Positions 1 to 9,012 are shown, counted from the first letter of the stretch. The stretch is 32,000 nt of DNA from Delftia acidovorans NBRC 14950 (GCF_001598795.1 NZ_BCZP01000030.1:1-32000); one strand, 5' to 3'. A program made the numbers and translations. The notes: generated by a model not told the origin, from the sequence alone.

Positions 1-215
1 GCCACGAAGGGCGCCATGTCGGCAAAGCTTTCGATCAGGTGGGGCAAGACGGTCTCCGGCCGCAGCCGGCCCATGCCTGCTGCGGCGAATCCCGGATTCT
101 GTAAAGCCGCCAGCCCTGCGGCAACGAAGCAAAACGCATATGCAAGCGCCCTGCATGCACAAGCCGAACGGGCCGATCAAGCCGTTCAGGCGTTCAGGCG
201 GACGTCACAGGGCCC

Positions 216-1109
216 TCAGGACTGCGCCATGCGCTGCGCGAGAAAGTCCAGGAAGGCCGTGATGCGCGCGGCCAGCGCCGTGTTGCGGTAGTAGACGGCG
301 TGGATGGGCTGGCGCTGCTGCACGGTCTCGCGCGCCAGCACCTGCACCAGCTCGCCCTGGGCGCGATCGCGCACGGTCATGAAGTCGGCCAGGCAGACCA
401 CGCCCTGGCCGGCCAGGGCCAGCTGGCGCATGGTCTCGCCGCTGGAGGCCGTGAGCTGGGGCGCGGCATCCCAGCGGTCGCCGCCCTCGGGCGTGCGCAG
501 CGGCCAGTGGTTCAGGCCGGGCACCTGGCTGTTGCCAATGCGCTGGTGGCGCGCCAGCGCGGCCACGCTCGCCACGGGACCATGGGCCTGCAGGTAGGCG
601 GGGCTGGCCAGCACGCGCAGCACGCTGTGGCACAGCAGCCGCGCATGCAGCGTGGAATCGCGCAGCTCGCCGATGCGGATGGCGATGTCGGTGCGCTGGG
701 CCAGCAGGTCGATGTGCAGGTCATCGGTGTTCAGCTCCAGCGTGATCAGCGGATAGAGCGCGCGGAACTCGCCGACCAGCGGCACGATGGCATGCAGCAT
801 GAAGGGCGAGGCCGCGTTGACGCGCAGCAGCCCGGCCGGCGCCTGGCGCCGCGCGGCCAGCTCCTCCTCGGCCGCGTCCAGAGCCTGCAGCACCTCGCGC
901 GCGCGGGCCAGGAAGCGCTCGCCTTCCTCGGTCAGTTCCAGGCTGCGTGTGGTGCGCCGCACCAGGGTGGTGGCCAGTTTTTTCTCCAGGCGGGACAGGC
1001 TGCGGCTGATGCCCGAGGTGGTCTGTCCCAACTGCTCGGCCGCCGCCGTGATGCTGCCGCAGTCGATCACGGCGCGAAAGGCCTGCAACTCGTCCAGGGT
1101 GGTTTTCAT
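216..1109 (-). CDS. LysR-family transcriptional regulator
   Basis: Lies inside tracked ORF 216..1334(-). The ATG at 1109 gives MKTTLDELQAFRAVIDCGSITAAAEQLGQTTSGISRSLSRLEKKL..., a typical LysR N-terminal HTH, followed by a ~200-aa effector-binding-type domain. The 75 codons upstream in the tracked ORF look like read-through. Divergent from the reductase gene at 1251. Confidence 0.85.
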   Translation of the reverse strand: MKTTLDELQAFRAVIDCGSITAAAEQLGQTTSGISRSLSRLEKKLATTLVRRTTRSLELTEEGERFLARAREVLQALDAAEEELAARRQAPAGLLRVNAASPFMLHAIVPLVGEFRALYPLITLELNTDDLHIDLLAQRTDIAIRIGELRDSTLHARLLCHSVLRVLASPAYLQAHGPVASVAALARHQRIGNSQVPGLNHWPLRTPEGGDRWDAAPQLTASSGETMRQLALAGQGVVCLADFMTVRDRAQGELVQVLARETVQQRQPIHAVYYRNTALAARITAFLDFLAQRMAQS

Positions 1110-1155
1110 GGGGCGCCAGCTTGGCGCAATTGTTGCTGCAGCGTCAAATATTTTC

Positions 1156-1179
1156 TGCAGATACCAGGCTTTATCTGCA
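1156..1179. promoter_or_regulatory. Candidate LysR box (inverted repeat TGCAGATA-N8-TATCTGCA)
   Basis: The 8-bp arms at 1156-1163 and 1172-1179 were read directly. They sit in the 141-bp divergent LysR/AKR intergenic region, which also holds further CTGCAG hexamers. Assigning them to the LysR protein is inference. Confidence 0.35.
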
Positions 1180-1250
1180 AGCGTTAACCCGCCAGACTGC
1201 AGTCTTCGGGGCGTGGTTCCGCGCCTTGTTTGCTTTTTTGAAAGACCTGC

Positions 1251-2072
1251 ATGACATCGACTGCCTCTCTCGCTTCCGTGGTGCCCGCGTTCGGCCTGGG
1301 CACCTTCCGCCTCAAGGATGAGGTGGTGCGCCACTCCGTGGGCCAGGCCCTGGAGGTGGGCTACCGCGCCATCGACACCGCCCAGATCTACGGCAATGAG
1401 GCCGATGTGGGTGCCGCCATCGCCGCCAGCGCCGTGTCGCGCGATCAGCTATTCCTCACCACCAAGATCTGGACCGAGAACCTGTCCGCCGACGCGCTGA
1501 TCCCCAGCCTGGAGCGCAGCCTTGAAGCCCTGCGCACCGACCATGTGGAGCTGACGCTGATCCACTGGCCCTCGCGCAGCGTGCCGCTGGAGGACAGCCT
1601 GGGCGCGCTCATGCGCGCCAGGGAGCAGGGGCTGACGCGCCACATCGGCGTGTCCAACTTCAACATCGCGCTGCTGCAGCAATCCATCGCCGCCGTGGGC
1701 GCCGCGAACATCGCCACCAACCAGATCGAACTGAGCCCCTATCTGCAAAACCGCGCCGTCACCGACTTCGCACGCCAGCAGGGCATTCACACCACCTCGT
1801 ACATGACGCTGGGCTACGGCAAGCTGCTGGCCGATCCCGTGCTGGCCGACATTGCCGCCGCCCACGGCGCCACGCCCGCCCAGGTGGCGCTGGCCTGGGC
1901 CATGGCCATGGGCTATGCCGTCATTCCCTCGTCCACCCAGCGCGCCCACCTGCAGGCCAACCTGGACAGCTGCCAGCTGGTGCTGGGCGCTGAAGAAATG
2001 CAGCGCATCGCCGCGCTGGAACGCGGCGACCGCCAGGTCAGCCCAGACGGCCTGGCTCCCGCCTGGGATTGA
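1251..2072 (+). CDS. Aldo/keto reductase (2,5-diketo-D-gluconate reductase-like)
   Basis: 273 aa: ...[41 protein letters not shown]...LFLTTKIW...LIHWP...IGVSNF..., which are AKR signature blocks. Strong GC3 bias in this frame. Confidence 0.85.
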   Translation: MTSTASLASVVPAFGLGTFRLKDEVVRHSVGQALEVGYRAIDTAQIYGNEADVGAAIAASAVSRDQLFLTTKIWTENLSADALIPSLERSLEALRTDHVELTLIHWPSRSVPLEDSLGALMRAREQGLTRHIGVSNFNIALLQQSIAAVGAANIATNQIELSPYLQNRAVTDFARQQGIHTTSYMTLGYGKLLADPVLADIAAAHGATPAQVALAWAMAMGYAVIPSSTQRAHLQANLDSCQLVLGAEEMQRIAALERGDRQVSPDGLAPAWD

Positions 2073-2137
2073 ACGGGGTGCTGTGATCGGGGGCCTGCGC
2101 GGCCCGGCGAGCTTTGACCTGGAGCAACGCAATGGTG

Positions 2138-2159
2138 ACCCTAGGGGTAGTACTAGGGT
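2138..2159. promoter_or_regulatory. Inverted repeat ACCCTAG-N8-CTAGGGT in an AT-richer island upstream of the acyl-CoA ligase gene
   Basis: The 7-bp arms at 2138-2144 and 2153-2159 were read directly. They sit in the 159-bp intergenic region, 73 nt before the ATG at 2232. The binding factor is unknown. Confidence 0.3.
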
Positions 2160-2231
2160 TATCACAGTATCGAACGACCGTGCTTTTTATGAGAATGCAC
2201 GATTAGTCGAGACAACCAGGAGACAAGCAGC

Positions 2232-3911
2232 ATGAGTGACCGCCCATGGCTGGGTGCCTATCCGGCAGGTGTGCCCGCCGACATCGATCCCTCCCAATAC
2301 CCCTCGCTGGTGGCCCTGATGGAGGAGGCCTTCAGCCGCTACGCGGACCGTGTGGCCTATTCCTTCATGGGCAAGGAGCTGACCTACTCGCAGGTCGATG
2401 CGCAAAGCCGCGCCTTCGCTGCCTATCTGCAAAGCCTGGGCCTGGCGCGCGGCGACCGCGTGGCGCTGATGATGCCCAACGTGCCCCAGTACCCCGTGGC
2501 CGTGGCCGCCGTGCTGCGCGCCGGTTTCGTGGTGGTCAACGTCAACCCGCTGTACACGGCGCGCGAGCTGGAGCACCAGCTCAAGGACTCGGGCGCCAAG
2601 GCCATCGTCATCATCGAGAACTTCGCCCATACGCTGCAGGCCTGCAAGGCTGCCACTCCGGTGCAGCACATGGTGTTGTGCACCATGGGCGACCAGCTGG
2701 GCATGCTCAAGGGCGCCATCGTCAATTACGTGGTGCGCAAGGTCAAGAAGCTGGTGCCGCCGTTTTCGCTGCCTGGGGCAGTGCGCTTCAACGACGCGCT
2801 GGCCAAGGGCATGCGCTCGCCCTTCCAGGCGCCGCAGTTGCAGGCCTCCGACATGGCCCTGCTGCAGTACACGGGCGGCACCACGGGCGTCAGCAAGGGC
2901 GCGGTGCTGCTGCACAGCAACATCATCGCCAACGTGCTGCAGTCCGAGGCCTGGAACCAGCCCGCCATGGGCAAGGTGCCGGCCGGCGAGCAGCCCACCA
3001 GCATCTGCGCGCTGCCGCTGTACCACATCTTCGCCTTCACGGTGAACATGATGCTGTCCATGCGCACGGGCGGCAAAACCATCCTGATTCCCAATCCGCG
3101 CGACCTCAAGGCCACGCTCAAGGAACTGTCCACGCAGCGCTTTCACAGCTTCCCGGCCGTGAGCACGCTGTTCAACGGCCTGGCCAACCACCCGGACTTC
3201 AATACCGTGGACTGGTCGCACCTGAAGGTCTCGGTCGGCGGCGGCATGGCGGTGCAAAGCGCCGTGGCCCAGCTGTGGCTGCAAAAGACCGGCTGCCCCA
3301 TCTGCGAGGGCTACGGCCTGTCGGAGACCAGTCCCTCGGTCAGCTGCAACCCCGTCAACTCCACCGAGTTCTCGGGCACCATCGGCGTGCCCCTGCCCAG
3401 CACCTGGATGAAGCTCGTCGATGACGAAGGAAACGACGTGACCACCATCGGCGAGCGCGGCGAGGTCGCCATCAAGGGCCCGCAGGTCATGGCCGCCTAC
3501 TGGCAGCGCCCCGACGAAACCGCCAAGGTCTTCACCGCCGACGGCTACTTTCGCACCGGCGACATCGGCACCATGGACGAGCGCGGCTACTTCAAGATCG
3601 TGGACCGCAAGAAGGACATGGTCCTGGTCAGCGGCTTCAACGTCTATCCCAACGAAGTGGAGGACGTGGTCTCCAACTGCCCCGGCGTGCTCGAATGCGC
3701 TGTGGTCGGCGTGCCCGACGAGAAGACCGGCGAGGCCGTCAAGCTGGTCATCGTGCGCAGGGACGACAGCCTTACCGAGCAGGCCGTGCGCGATTTCTGC
3801 CACGACAACCTCACGGGCTACAAGCGGCCCCGCGTGATCGAATTCCGCACCGAACTGCCCAAGACCCCGGTCGGCAAGATCCTGCGCCGGGAGCTGCGCG
3901 ACAGCAAGTAA
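2232..3911 (+). CDS. fadD: Long-chain-fatty-acid--CoA ligase (AMP-binding superfamily)
   Basis: 559 aa. MSDRPWLGAYPAGVPADIDPSQYPSL... is a FadD-type N-terminus. The AMP-binding motif is LQYTGGTTGVSKGAVLLH; other blocks are GYGLSETSP, YFRTGD and PKTPVGKILRRELR. The RBS AGGAGA lies 8 nt upstream. Confidence 0.85.
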   Translation: MSDRPWLGAYPAGVPADIDPSQYPSLVALMEEAFSRYADRVAYSFMGKELTYSQVDAQSRAFAAYLQSLGLARGDRVALMMPNVPQYPVAVAAVLRAGFVVVNVNPLYTARELEHQLKDSGAKAIVIIENFAHTLQACKAATPVQHMVLCTMGDQLGMLKGAIVNYVVRKVKKLVPPFSLPGAVRFNDALAKGMRSPFQAPQLQASDMALLQYTGGTTGVSKGAVLLHSNIIANVLQSEAWNQPAMGKVPAGEQPTSICALPLYHIFAFTVNMMLSMRTGGKTILIPNPRDLKATLKELSTQRFHSFPAVSTLFNGLANHPDFNTVDWSHLKVSVGGGMAVQSAVAQLWLQKTGCPICEGYGLSETSPSVSCNPVNSTEFSGTIGVPLPSTWMKLVDDEGNDVTTIGERGEVAIKGPQVMAAYWQRPDETAKVFTADGYFRTGDIGTMDERGYFKIVDRKKDMVLVSGFNVYPNEVEDVVSNCPGVLECAVVGVPDEKTGEAVKLVIVRRDDSLTEQAVRDFCHDNLTGYKRPRVIEFRTELPKTPVGKILRRELRDSK

Positions 3912-3934
3912 CGCAGGCGGCTTGCCGTGTTTGC

Positions 3935-3959
3935 AAAGAGGCGCTGCGGCGCCTCTTTT
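3935..3959. terminator. Bidirectional intrinsic terminator hairpin between convergent genes
   Basis: AAAGAGGCGC-TGCG-GCGCCTCTTT is a perfect 10-bp stem with a 4-nt loop, followed by T residues. It lies between the stop of the ligase gene (3911) and the stop of the permease gene (3980). Confidence 0.7.
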
Positions 3960-3979
3960 CATTGGGAGGGAACACGTCT

Positions 3980-5425
3980 TCAGAACACGCCCAGACCCGC
4001 CAGGACCAGCGCCGCCAGCGCCACGGCCGCCGCATTGAGGCAGGCCAGCGCAAAGCCGAAGCGCACCAGCTCGCCCTCTTCCTGCGCGGTGGTCCGTGCC
4101 AGGCCCAGCACCAGCATCACGACGGACAGGGAGCCCAGCGCCGCATGCCCGGCGGCGCTGTTGTGCACGGCGGCCAGCAGCAGGCGCGAGGACTCGGGCA
4201 GCAGGGCGATGGCGGGCATGAAGATCGCGTTGCCGCCCACATTGGAGCCCGTCATGTAGCCGGCCAGCGCACCGAAGGCCGCCACGATGGGCGCCAGGGC
4301 CGCAGGCGCCAGCTCGGCCAGCAGCTGCACCAGGCCGGACAGGAAACCGGCCTTGACCATCATCTGGGACATGGCCAGGAAGAAGAAGATGGTCAGCAGC
4401 GGGCGCTTGGCGCGGGCGGCCAGAGCACCAGCCAGGGCAACGCCACGGCCGGCCCCGCGCGCCAGCAGCAGTGCCAGCACCAGGGTCAGCGCCACGCCCG
4501 GGGAGGCCAGAGGCTTCCAGGCCACCTGGGCGCCCTGCACGATCCAGCGCTGGTCCCACTGCGTGGCCAGGGCCAGCAGCTTGAGCAGCACGATGGCAAG
4601 GGCGAGCGCCAGATACGGCCAGGCCTGTCGCGGCCAGCCGGGTGCCGCCTGGGCCGTGCCGCGCAGCAGCAGCGCGCGCACCAGCATGCCCAGCGCCACG
4701 GCAAAGCCCGCGCCCACGCCCGCCACCTCGGGGCCCAGCCAGCGGCTGATGCCATGCAGCACGCCCACGAACAGCAGGCCGAAGCCGCCCAGCAGCAGCC
4801 AGGCCCGCGCACCGCGCTCGCCGGCCAGCTGCAGGGACAGGGCGCCCAGCACCAGGAACACCGGCGCGCTGGTCAGCGAGGACACAGCGGCCAGCGCGAC
4901 CGCGTCCACATGGGCCAGCGAGGCACCGATCACCGTGGCCAGGCCCAGCGTGCCCCAGGGCATGATGGCCATGCCCGCCAGCGCCATGCGCAGCGCGGCG
5001 CGCCGCTCGAACAGGCTCAGCAGCAGCGGCACGGTGGCGATCAGCGACACGCCAAAGCCCGTCATTGCCTCCAGCAGTGGCGCCAGGCCCAGCACGATGA
5101 ACACCACCTGATCGGCCGGCCCCAGGCCCAGCGAGCGCACCCACTGGCTCAGCGCCTGGTTGACACCCATGCGTTCGATGAGGATCACGAAACCCAGGCC
5201 CGGCACGATCACGAAGGCTGTGCTCAGGAACAGCACGGCCGTGTCGCGCGCAGCGGCCAGCGCCGCCCCCGCAGGCGCGGCACTGGCGGCCAAGCCGGTC
5301 TCGGCCAGCCACAGCAGGGCGACCAGCGCGGCCCCGGCCAGGGCCGCCTGCACGGGCGGGCGGCGCAGCAGCATGAGCATGGACATCACAAGAAACACGG
5401 GAGACAGGTGGAGCAGGGTGGCCAT
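3980..5425 (-). CDS. LctP-family (L-lactate/glycolate permease-like) transporter
   Basis: Polytopic membrane protein. The blocks LLEAMTGFGVSLIATVPLLLSL and AGYMTGSNVGGNAIFMP resemble the LldP motifs FLEGAAGFGAPVAIT and FLTGSDTSSNALF (from memory). The start is ambiguous: ATG at 5425 (MATLLHL...) or the tracked start at 5461. Confidence 0.6.
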   Translation of the reverse strand: MATLLHLSPVFLVMSMLMLLRRPPVQAALAGAALVALLWLAETGLAASAAPAGAALAAARDTAVLFLSTAFVIVPGLGFVILIERMGVNQALSQWVRSLGLGPADQVVFIVLGLAPLLEAMTGFGVSLIATVPLLLSLFERRAALRMALAGMAIMPWGTLGLATVIGASLAHVDAVALAAVSSLTSAPVFLVLGALSLQLAGERGARAWLLLGGFGLLFVGVLHGISRWLGPEVAGVGAGFAVALGMLVRALLLRGTAQAAPGWPRQAWPYLALALAIVLLKLLALATQWDQRWIVQGAQVAWKPLASPGVALTLVLALLLARGAGRGVALAGALAARAKRPLLTIFFFLAMSQMMVKAGFLSGLVQLLAELAPAALAPIVAAFGALAGYMTGSNVGGNAIFMPAIALLPESSRLLLAAVHNSAAGHAALGSLSVVMLVLGLARTTAQEEGELVRFGFALACLNAAAVALAALVLAGLGVF

Positions 5426-5477
5426 GGGATGGGCTTTCTCGGCAGGCAGGTCCGCATGCAAAGGATGCGGAAAACGA

Positions 5478-5544
5478 CGAAATACTATTTCGCGGCACCT
5501 GTTTTTTGGTCTCTGAATTGGGGGTGTTTGCGAGAAAATTTCTC
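5478..5544. promoter_or_regulatory. Two AT-rich perfect palindromes in the divergent permease/Lrp intergenic region
   Basis: CGAAATA-C-TATTTCG (5478-5492) and GAGAAA-A-TTTCTC (5532-5544) were read directly. AT-rich dyads fit Lrp/AsnC-type sites, but the assignment is inference. Confidence 0.3.
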
Positions 5545-5568
5545 ACCCTCCAAAAGTCCTCGCTTCCC

Positions 5569-6060
5569 ATGACCAAGCACACCGCCCACCCTGCTCACCT
5601 GGCCGACCTGGACGGCTTCGACCGCGCCATCCTGGCCATCGTCCAGCGCGACAGCACTGTGCCGCTGCGCCTGCTGGCCGAGCAGGTCAACCTGTCCACG
5701 GCCGCCGTGCAGCGCCGCCTCAAGCGCATGCAGGCCGAAGGCGTGATCACCGGCCAGGCCGCCACCGTGGACCCCACGCGCGTGGGCCGGCCCATCACCA
5801 TCATCGTGGAGGTCATGACCGAGCGCACCAGCATCGACGCGCTCAACGCCATGAAGTCGCACTTCGCCGTGCCCGAGGTCCAGCAGTGCTACTACGTCAC
5901 GGGCGAGGTGGACTTCGTGCTCGTCCTCACCGTGGCCACCATGCAGGAGTACGAGGCCCTGGCGCGGCGCCTGTTTGCCGAGAACCCCAACGTCAAATGG
6001 TTCAAGACCATCGTGGCGCTGGACCGCGTGAAGGTCGGGCTGGAAATTCCCTGCGAGTGA
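5569..6060 (+). CDS. Lrp/AsnC-family transcriptional regulator
   Basis: The ATG at 5569 gives a 163-aa protein. LDGFDRAILAIVQRDSTVPLRLLAEQVNLSTAAVQRRLKRMQAEGVI is the HTH and is followed by a RAM/AsnC_trans_reg-type C-terminal domain. Confidence 0.85.
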   Translation: MTKHTAHPAHLADLDGFDRAILAIVQRDSTVPLRLLAEQVNLSTAAVQRRLKRMQAEGVITGQAATVDPTRVGRPITIIVEVMTERTSIDALNAMKSHFAVPEVQQCYYVTGEVDFVLVLTVATMQEYEALARRLFAENPNVKWFKTIVALDRVKVGLEIPCE

Positions 6061-6078
6061 AGGCCCTTTGGCGCAATC

Positions 6079-6107
6079 TTGACAGCCGCGAAACGGCCGC
6101 CTACATT
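6079..6107 (+). promoter_or_regulatory. Sigma70-like promoter TTGACA-N17-TACATT for the TetR gene
   Basis: There is a perfect -35 hexamer at 6079-6084, a 17-nt spacer and TACATT at 6102-6107, 35 nt before the ATG at 6142. It overlaps the palindromic operator. Confidence 0.5.
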
Positions 6108-6133
6108 GAATGGAATGATCGTTCCAATTCAAT
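6105..6133. promoter_or_regulatory. Palindromic operator, copy 1 (core TGGAATGATCGTTCCA at 6111-6126)
   Basis: The 16-bp dyad is centred on GATC with one mismatched pair and is flanked by ATTGAA/TTCAAT. It overlaps the -10 and the presumed +1 of the TetR gene. The exact 16-mer recurs at 6795-6810. Confidence 0.55.
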
Positions 6134-6141
6134 GAGCCACC

Positions 6142-6732
6142 ATGCGCACCAAGGACTTCGACCCCGATGACATCGCAGACGCCGCCATGCAGGTGTTCTG
6201 GCAGCGCGGTTACGCGGCCACCTCGGTGCAGGACCTGGTGGACGGCACGGGCCTGTCGCGCAGCAGCCTGTACGGCACCTTCGAGAACAAGCAGGGGCTG
6301 TTCCAGCATGCGCTGCGCCGCTATGAGGCCGTGACCACCTCCAACGTGGAACTGCTGTCCGGACCGGGACGCGCCCGGGACTTGGTGCGGCAGCTGCTGC
6401 TGCGCATCGTGCAGGACGAATTGAGCGATGCCGGGCGCCGTGGCTGCCTGGTCGCCAATGCCGCGCTGGAGCTGGCCGGCCATGACGAGGCCGTGGCCGA
6501 GAGGGTGGCCGGCAACTTCCAGCGCCTGCAAAAGGCGCTGGAAAAGCTCATCCTGCGCGGCCAGCAGGAAGGCGATATCACCGACAGCAAAAAGCCGCGC
6601 GCCCTGGCGCGCTTCGTCCTGAACACCGTGCAGGGACTGCGCGTGCTGGGCAAGGGCAGCAGCGCGCCGCAGCGCCGCCAGTGCCTGATGGATGTGGTCG
6701 ACGTGGTCGACATGGCGCTGCAGGCGCAATAG
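6142..6732 (+). CDS. TetR/AcrR-family transcriptional regulator
   Basis: 196 aa. The N-terminus IADAAMQVFWQRGYAATSVQDLVDGTGLSRSSLYGTFENKQGLF is a canonical TetR HTH. Confidence 0.85.
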   Translation: MRTKDFDPDDIADAAMQVFWQRGYAATSVQDLVDGTGLSRSSLYGTFENKQGLFQHALRRYEAVTTSNVELLSGPGRARDLVRQLLLRIVQDELSDAGRRGCLVANAALELAGHDEAVAERVAGNFQRLQKALEKLILRGQQEGDITDSKKPRALARFVLNTVQGLRVLGKGSSAPQRRQCLMDVVDVVDMALQAQ

Positions 6733-6753
6733 CCGGCCACCCGCCACCCGCCG

Positions 6754-6786
6754 CCCGCATGTCGTGCCGTTGCGGGTTTTTATTTT
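6754..6786 (+). terminator. Intrinsic terminator after the TetR gene
   Basis: CCCGCA-(11 nt)-TGCGGG is followed by TTTTTATTTT, 22 nt after the stop codon. Confidence 0.65.
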
Positions 6787-6794
6787 CCTTGAAT

Positions 6795-6810
6795 TGGAAT
6801 GATCGTTCCA
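6795..6810. promoter_or_regulatory. Palindromic operator, copy 2 (TGGAATGATCGTTCCA)
   Basis: This is an exact repeat of the 6111-6126 16-mer. It lies 59 nt upstream of the oxidoreductase ATG (6869) and directly after the TetR terminator. Confidence 0.55.
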
Positions 6811-6868
6811 GTAATCCGGATTTCAGTTTTCCGTGTCTGTTTCACTCTCTCATCACCCTGGAGTTCTC

Positions 6869-7753
6869 ATGCATTCAAACCTTCAAACCACCATTGCCGT
6901 GCTCGGCACGGGCCTGATCGGTGCGCCCGTCGCGCGCAACCTGCAACGCAAGGGCTTCACCGTCCGCGCCTGGAACCGGACGGCCGCCAAGGCCCAGGCC
7001 CTTGCGGCCGACGGCGTTCAGGCCTGTGGCGATGCGGCCGACGCCGTGCGTGGCGCCCGCATCGTCGTCACTGTGCTCAAGGACGGGCCGGCCGTGCTGC
7101 AGGCCATGCAGGCTGCAGCGCCAGCATTGCAGCCGGGCACACTGTGGCTGCAATTGAGCACGGTGGGTGTGGACGCCATCGCGCCGCTGGCGCAGTTCGC
7201 CGATCGGCATGGCCTGGTGTTCTACGACTGCCCCGTTCAGGGCACGCGCCAGCCGGCCGAGCAGGGCCAGCTGGTCATCCTGGCCGCAGGCCCGCTGGCG
7301 CAGCGCGGCCAGGTGCAGCCGGTGTTCGATGCCATTGGCAAACGCAGCCTGTGGATTGCGCAGCAGGCAGGCGCCGCCAGCCGGCTCAAGCTGGCGCTCA
7401 ACCACTGGGCCTTCGCACTCACGCATGGCCTGGCCGAAAGCCTGGCGCTGGCCAAGGGGCTGGACATAGAGCCGGCCCTGGTGGTCGATGCCGTCACGGG
7501 CGGGCCCATGGACAGCGGCTTCTTCCAGGCCAAGGCCGCTGCCATGCTGTCAGGCCGCTACGACGCCAGCTTCACCGTGGCCAATGCCGTCAAGGACGCT
7601 CAACTGGTGGCCGATGCCGCCGCCGGCGCAGGCCTGCTGCTGGATGGTGCCCAGGCCGGGCTGCGCCGCTTCGAGCGCGCGCTGGCCGCCGGGCATGGCG
7701 ACAAGGACATGGCGGCATCCCACCTGGCATCCCATCCAGCTTCCCATGCCTGA
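6869..7753 (+). CDS. NAD(P)-dependent oxidoreductase (beta-hydroxyacid / 3-hydroxyisobutyrate dehydrogenase family)
   Basis: The ATG at 6869 gives MHSNLQTTIAVLGTGLIGAPVARNLQRKGFTVRAWNRT..., with a GxGxxG Rossmann fold. The remainder fits a 6PGDH-type NAD-binding domain plus an all-helical C-terminal domain. Confidence 0.8.
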   Translation: MHSNLQTTIAVLGTGLIGAPVARNLQRKGFTVRAWNRTAAKAQALAADGVQACGDAADAVRGARIVVTVLKDGPAVLQAMQAAAPALQPGTLWLQLSTVGVDAIAPLAQFADRHGLVFYDCPVQGTRQPAEQGQLVILAAGPLAQRGQVQPVFDAIGKRSLWIAQQAGAASRLKLALNHWAFALTHGLAESLALAKGLDIEPALVVDAVTGGPMDSGFFQAKAAAMLSGRYDASFTVANAVKDAQLVADAAAGAGLLLDGAQAGLRRFERALAAGHGDKDMAASHLASHPASHA

Positions 7754-7775
7754 GATGCGCAGCGAGGAAAAGGCA

Positions 7776-8972
7776 ATGAACCAGCCCATGGACACCTCTG
7801 GCGACACAGGCCTGCCGCTGGGCAGGCTGCTGGCCCTGGCGATGGCAGGCTTTCTGGCCATCATGACCGAGACCCTGCCGGCCGGCCTGCTGCCGCAGAT
7901 CGGCACGGGACTGGCAGTGTCCGAAGCCATGGCCGGCCAGATGGTCACGCTGTACGCGCTGGGTTCGGTACTGGCCGCCATTCCCGTCGTGGTCGCCACG
8001 CGCAGCCTCAGGCGCCGGCCGCTGTTCATGGCGGCGGTGGGCGGGCTGCTGCTGTTCAACAGCCTCACTGCGCTGTCCGACCACTACGGCCTGACTCTGG
8101 TCGCCCGCTTTGCCGCAGGCATGGCTGCCGGCGTGATCTGGGGGCTGGTGGCCGGCTATGCGCGGCGCATGGTGCCGCCGCATCTGCAGGGGCGTGCACT
8201 GGCCGTGGCGGGTGTGGGCCAGCCGTTGGCCCTGGCGGCCGGCGTGCCGCTGGGCGCCTGGCTGGGCAGCCTGTTCGATTGGCGCGGCGTGTTCTGGGCG
8301 CTGTCCGCGCTTTGCCTGCTGCTGCTGGCCTGGGTGCGGCTGGGTGTGCCGGATTACGCCGGGCAGACGGCGCACCAACGTCAGCCCGTGGCGCGCATCC
8401 TGCTCGTGCCCGGCGTGCGTCCCGTGCTGCTGGCGCTGTTCGGCTGGATGCTGGCCCACAACATGCTCTACACCTTCATCGCGCCGTTCCTGGCTTCGGC
8501 GGGTCTGGGGCAAAGGGTGGATGGGGTGCTGCTGCTGTTCGGCCTTGCGGCCATTGCCGGCATCTGGCTCACGGGCCTGCTGGTGGACCGCTGGTTGCGC
8601 GCACTCACCGTGCTGAGCCTGGCCTTGTTTGCCGTGTCTGCGCTGGTGCTGGGGCTGGCCGGGCAGTCGGCCGTGGCCGTTCTGATCGGGGTTGCGGCCT
8701 GGGGGCTGAGCTTTGGCGGCGCACCCACGCTGCTGCAGACCGCGCTGGCCGACGCGGCAGGCGAGGGCGCCGACGTGGCCCAGTCCATGCTGGTGACGGT
8801 CTTCAACATGGCCGTGGCGAGCGGCGGCGTGGCCGGCGGACTGCTGCTGGGCTGGCGGGGTGCCTCCGCCTTGCCCTGGGCGCTGGCGGTGTTGGCACTG
8901 GCCTGCCTGTCCGTGGTCTGGCCGGCCAGCCATGCGGGCTTTCGGCCTGGGCGGCGCAGCATGGCTGCCTGA
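7776..8972 (+). CDS. MFS transporter (DHA1-like efflux type)
   Basis: The ATG at 7776 follows GAGGAAAAGG and gives 398 aa. The product looks like a 12-TM hydrophobic protein, starting LALAMAGFLAIMTETLPAGLLPQI... It lies 22 nt after the oxidoreductase stop and is probably co-transcribed with it. Confidence 0.8.
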   Translation: MNQPMDTSGDTGLPLGRLLALAMAGFLAIMTETLPAGLLPQIGTGLAVSEAMAGQMVTLYALGSVLAAIPVVVATRSLRRRPLFMAAVGGLLLFNSLTALSDHYGLTLVARFAAGMAAGVIWGLVAGYARRMVPPHLQGRALAVAGVGQPLALAAGVPLGAWLGSLFDWRGVFWALSALCLLLLAWVRLGVPDYAGQTAHQRQPVARILLVPGVRPVLLALFGWMLAHNMLYTFIAPFLASAGLGQRVDGVLLLFGLAAIAGIWLTGLLVDRWLRALTVLSLALFAVSALVLGLAGQSAVAVLIGVAAWGLSFGGAPTLLQTALADAAGEGADVAQSMLVTVFNMAVASGGVAGGLLLGWRGASALPWALAVLALACLSVVWPASHAGFRPGRRSMAA

Positions 8973-9012
8973 GGCACTGCCATCACTGTTCCCTCAACAG
9001 ACGGGCCGCAAA

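Noticed and set aside
1-74. Possible 5' end of a minus-strand gene (ATG at 74: MGRLRPETVLPHLIESFADMAPFV...) running off the left edge
   Set aside because: Only 24 codons are visible, there is no convincing RBS and no recognisable motif. This is too little to support a call. The overlapping plus-strand ORF 16..291 also lacks coding character.
2187-5582. A 1131-aa ORF on the minus strand, plus similar giants at 10559..13015(-), 14334..16775(-), 3695..5572(+), 18379..20058(-), 19959..21203(-) and 22271..23521(-)
   Set aside because: They run antisense or out of frame to genes with clear family signatures. Their translations are Ala/Gly/Arg/Pro/His-rich low-complexity strings with no recognisable domains. 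Long stop-free antisense frames are expected in DNA this GC-rich.
6799-7779. A 326-aa ORF in an alternative frame over the oxidoreductase gene, plus the N-terminal extensions of tracked ORFs (7488, 9607, 14097, 18268, 19086, 20923, 23203, 28357, 29672)
   Set aside because: The extensions overlap the preceding genes in another frame and are Arg/Pro/Gly-rich. Internal ATGs with RBS-like sequences give proteins that start where the family homology starts.
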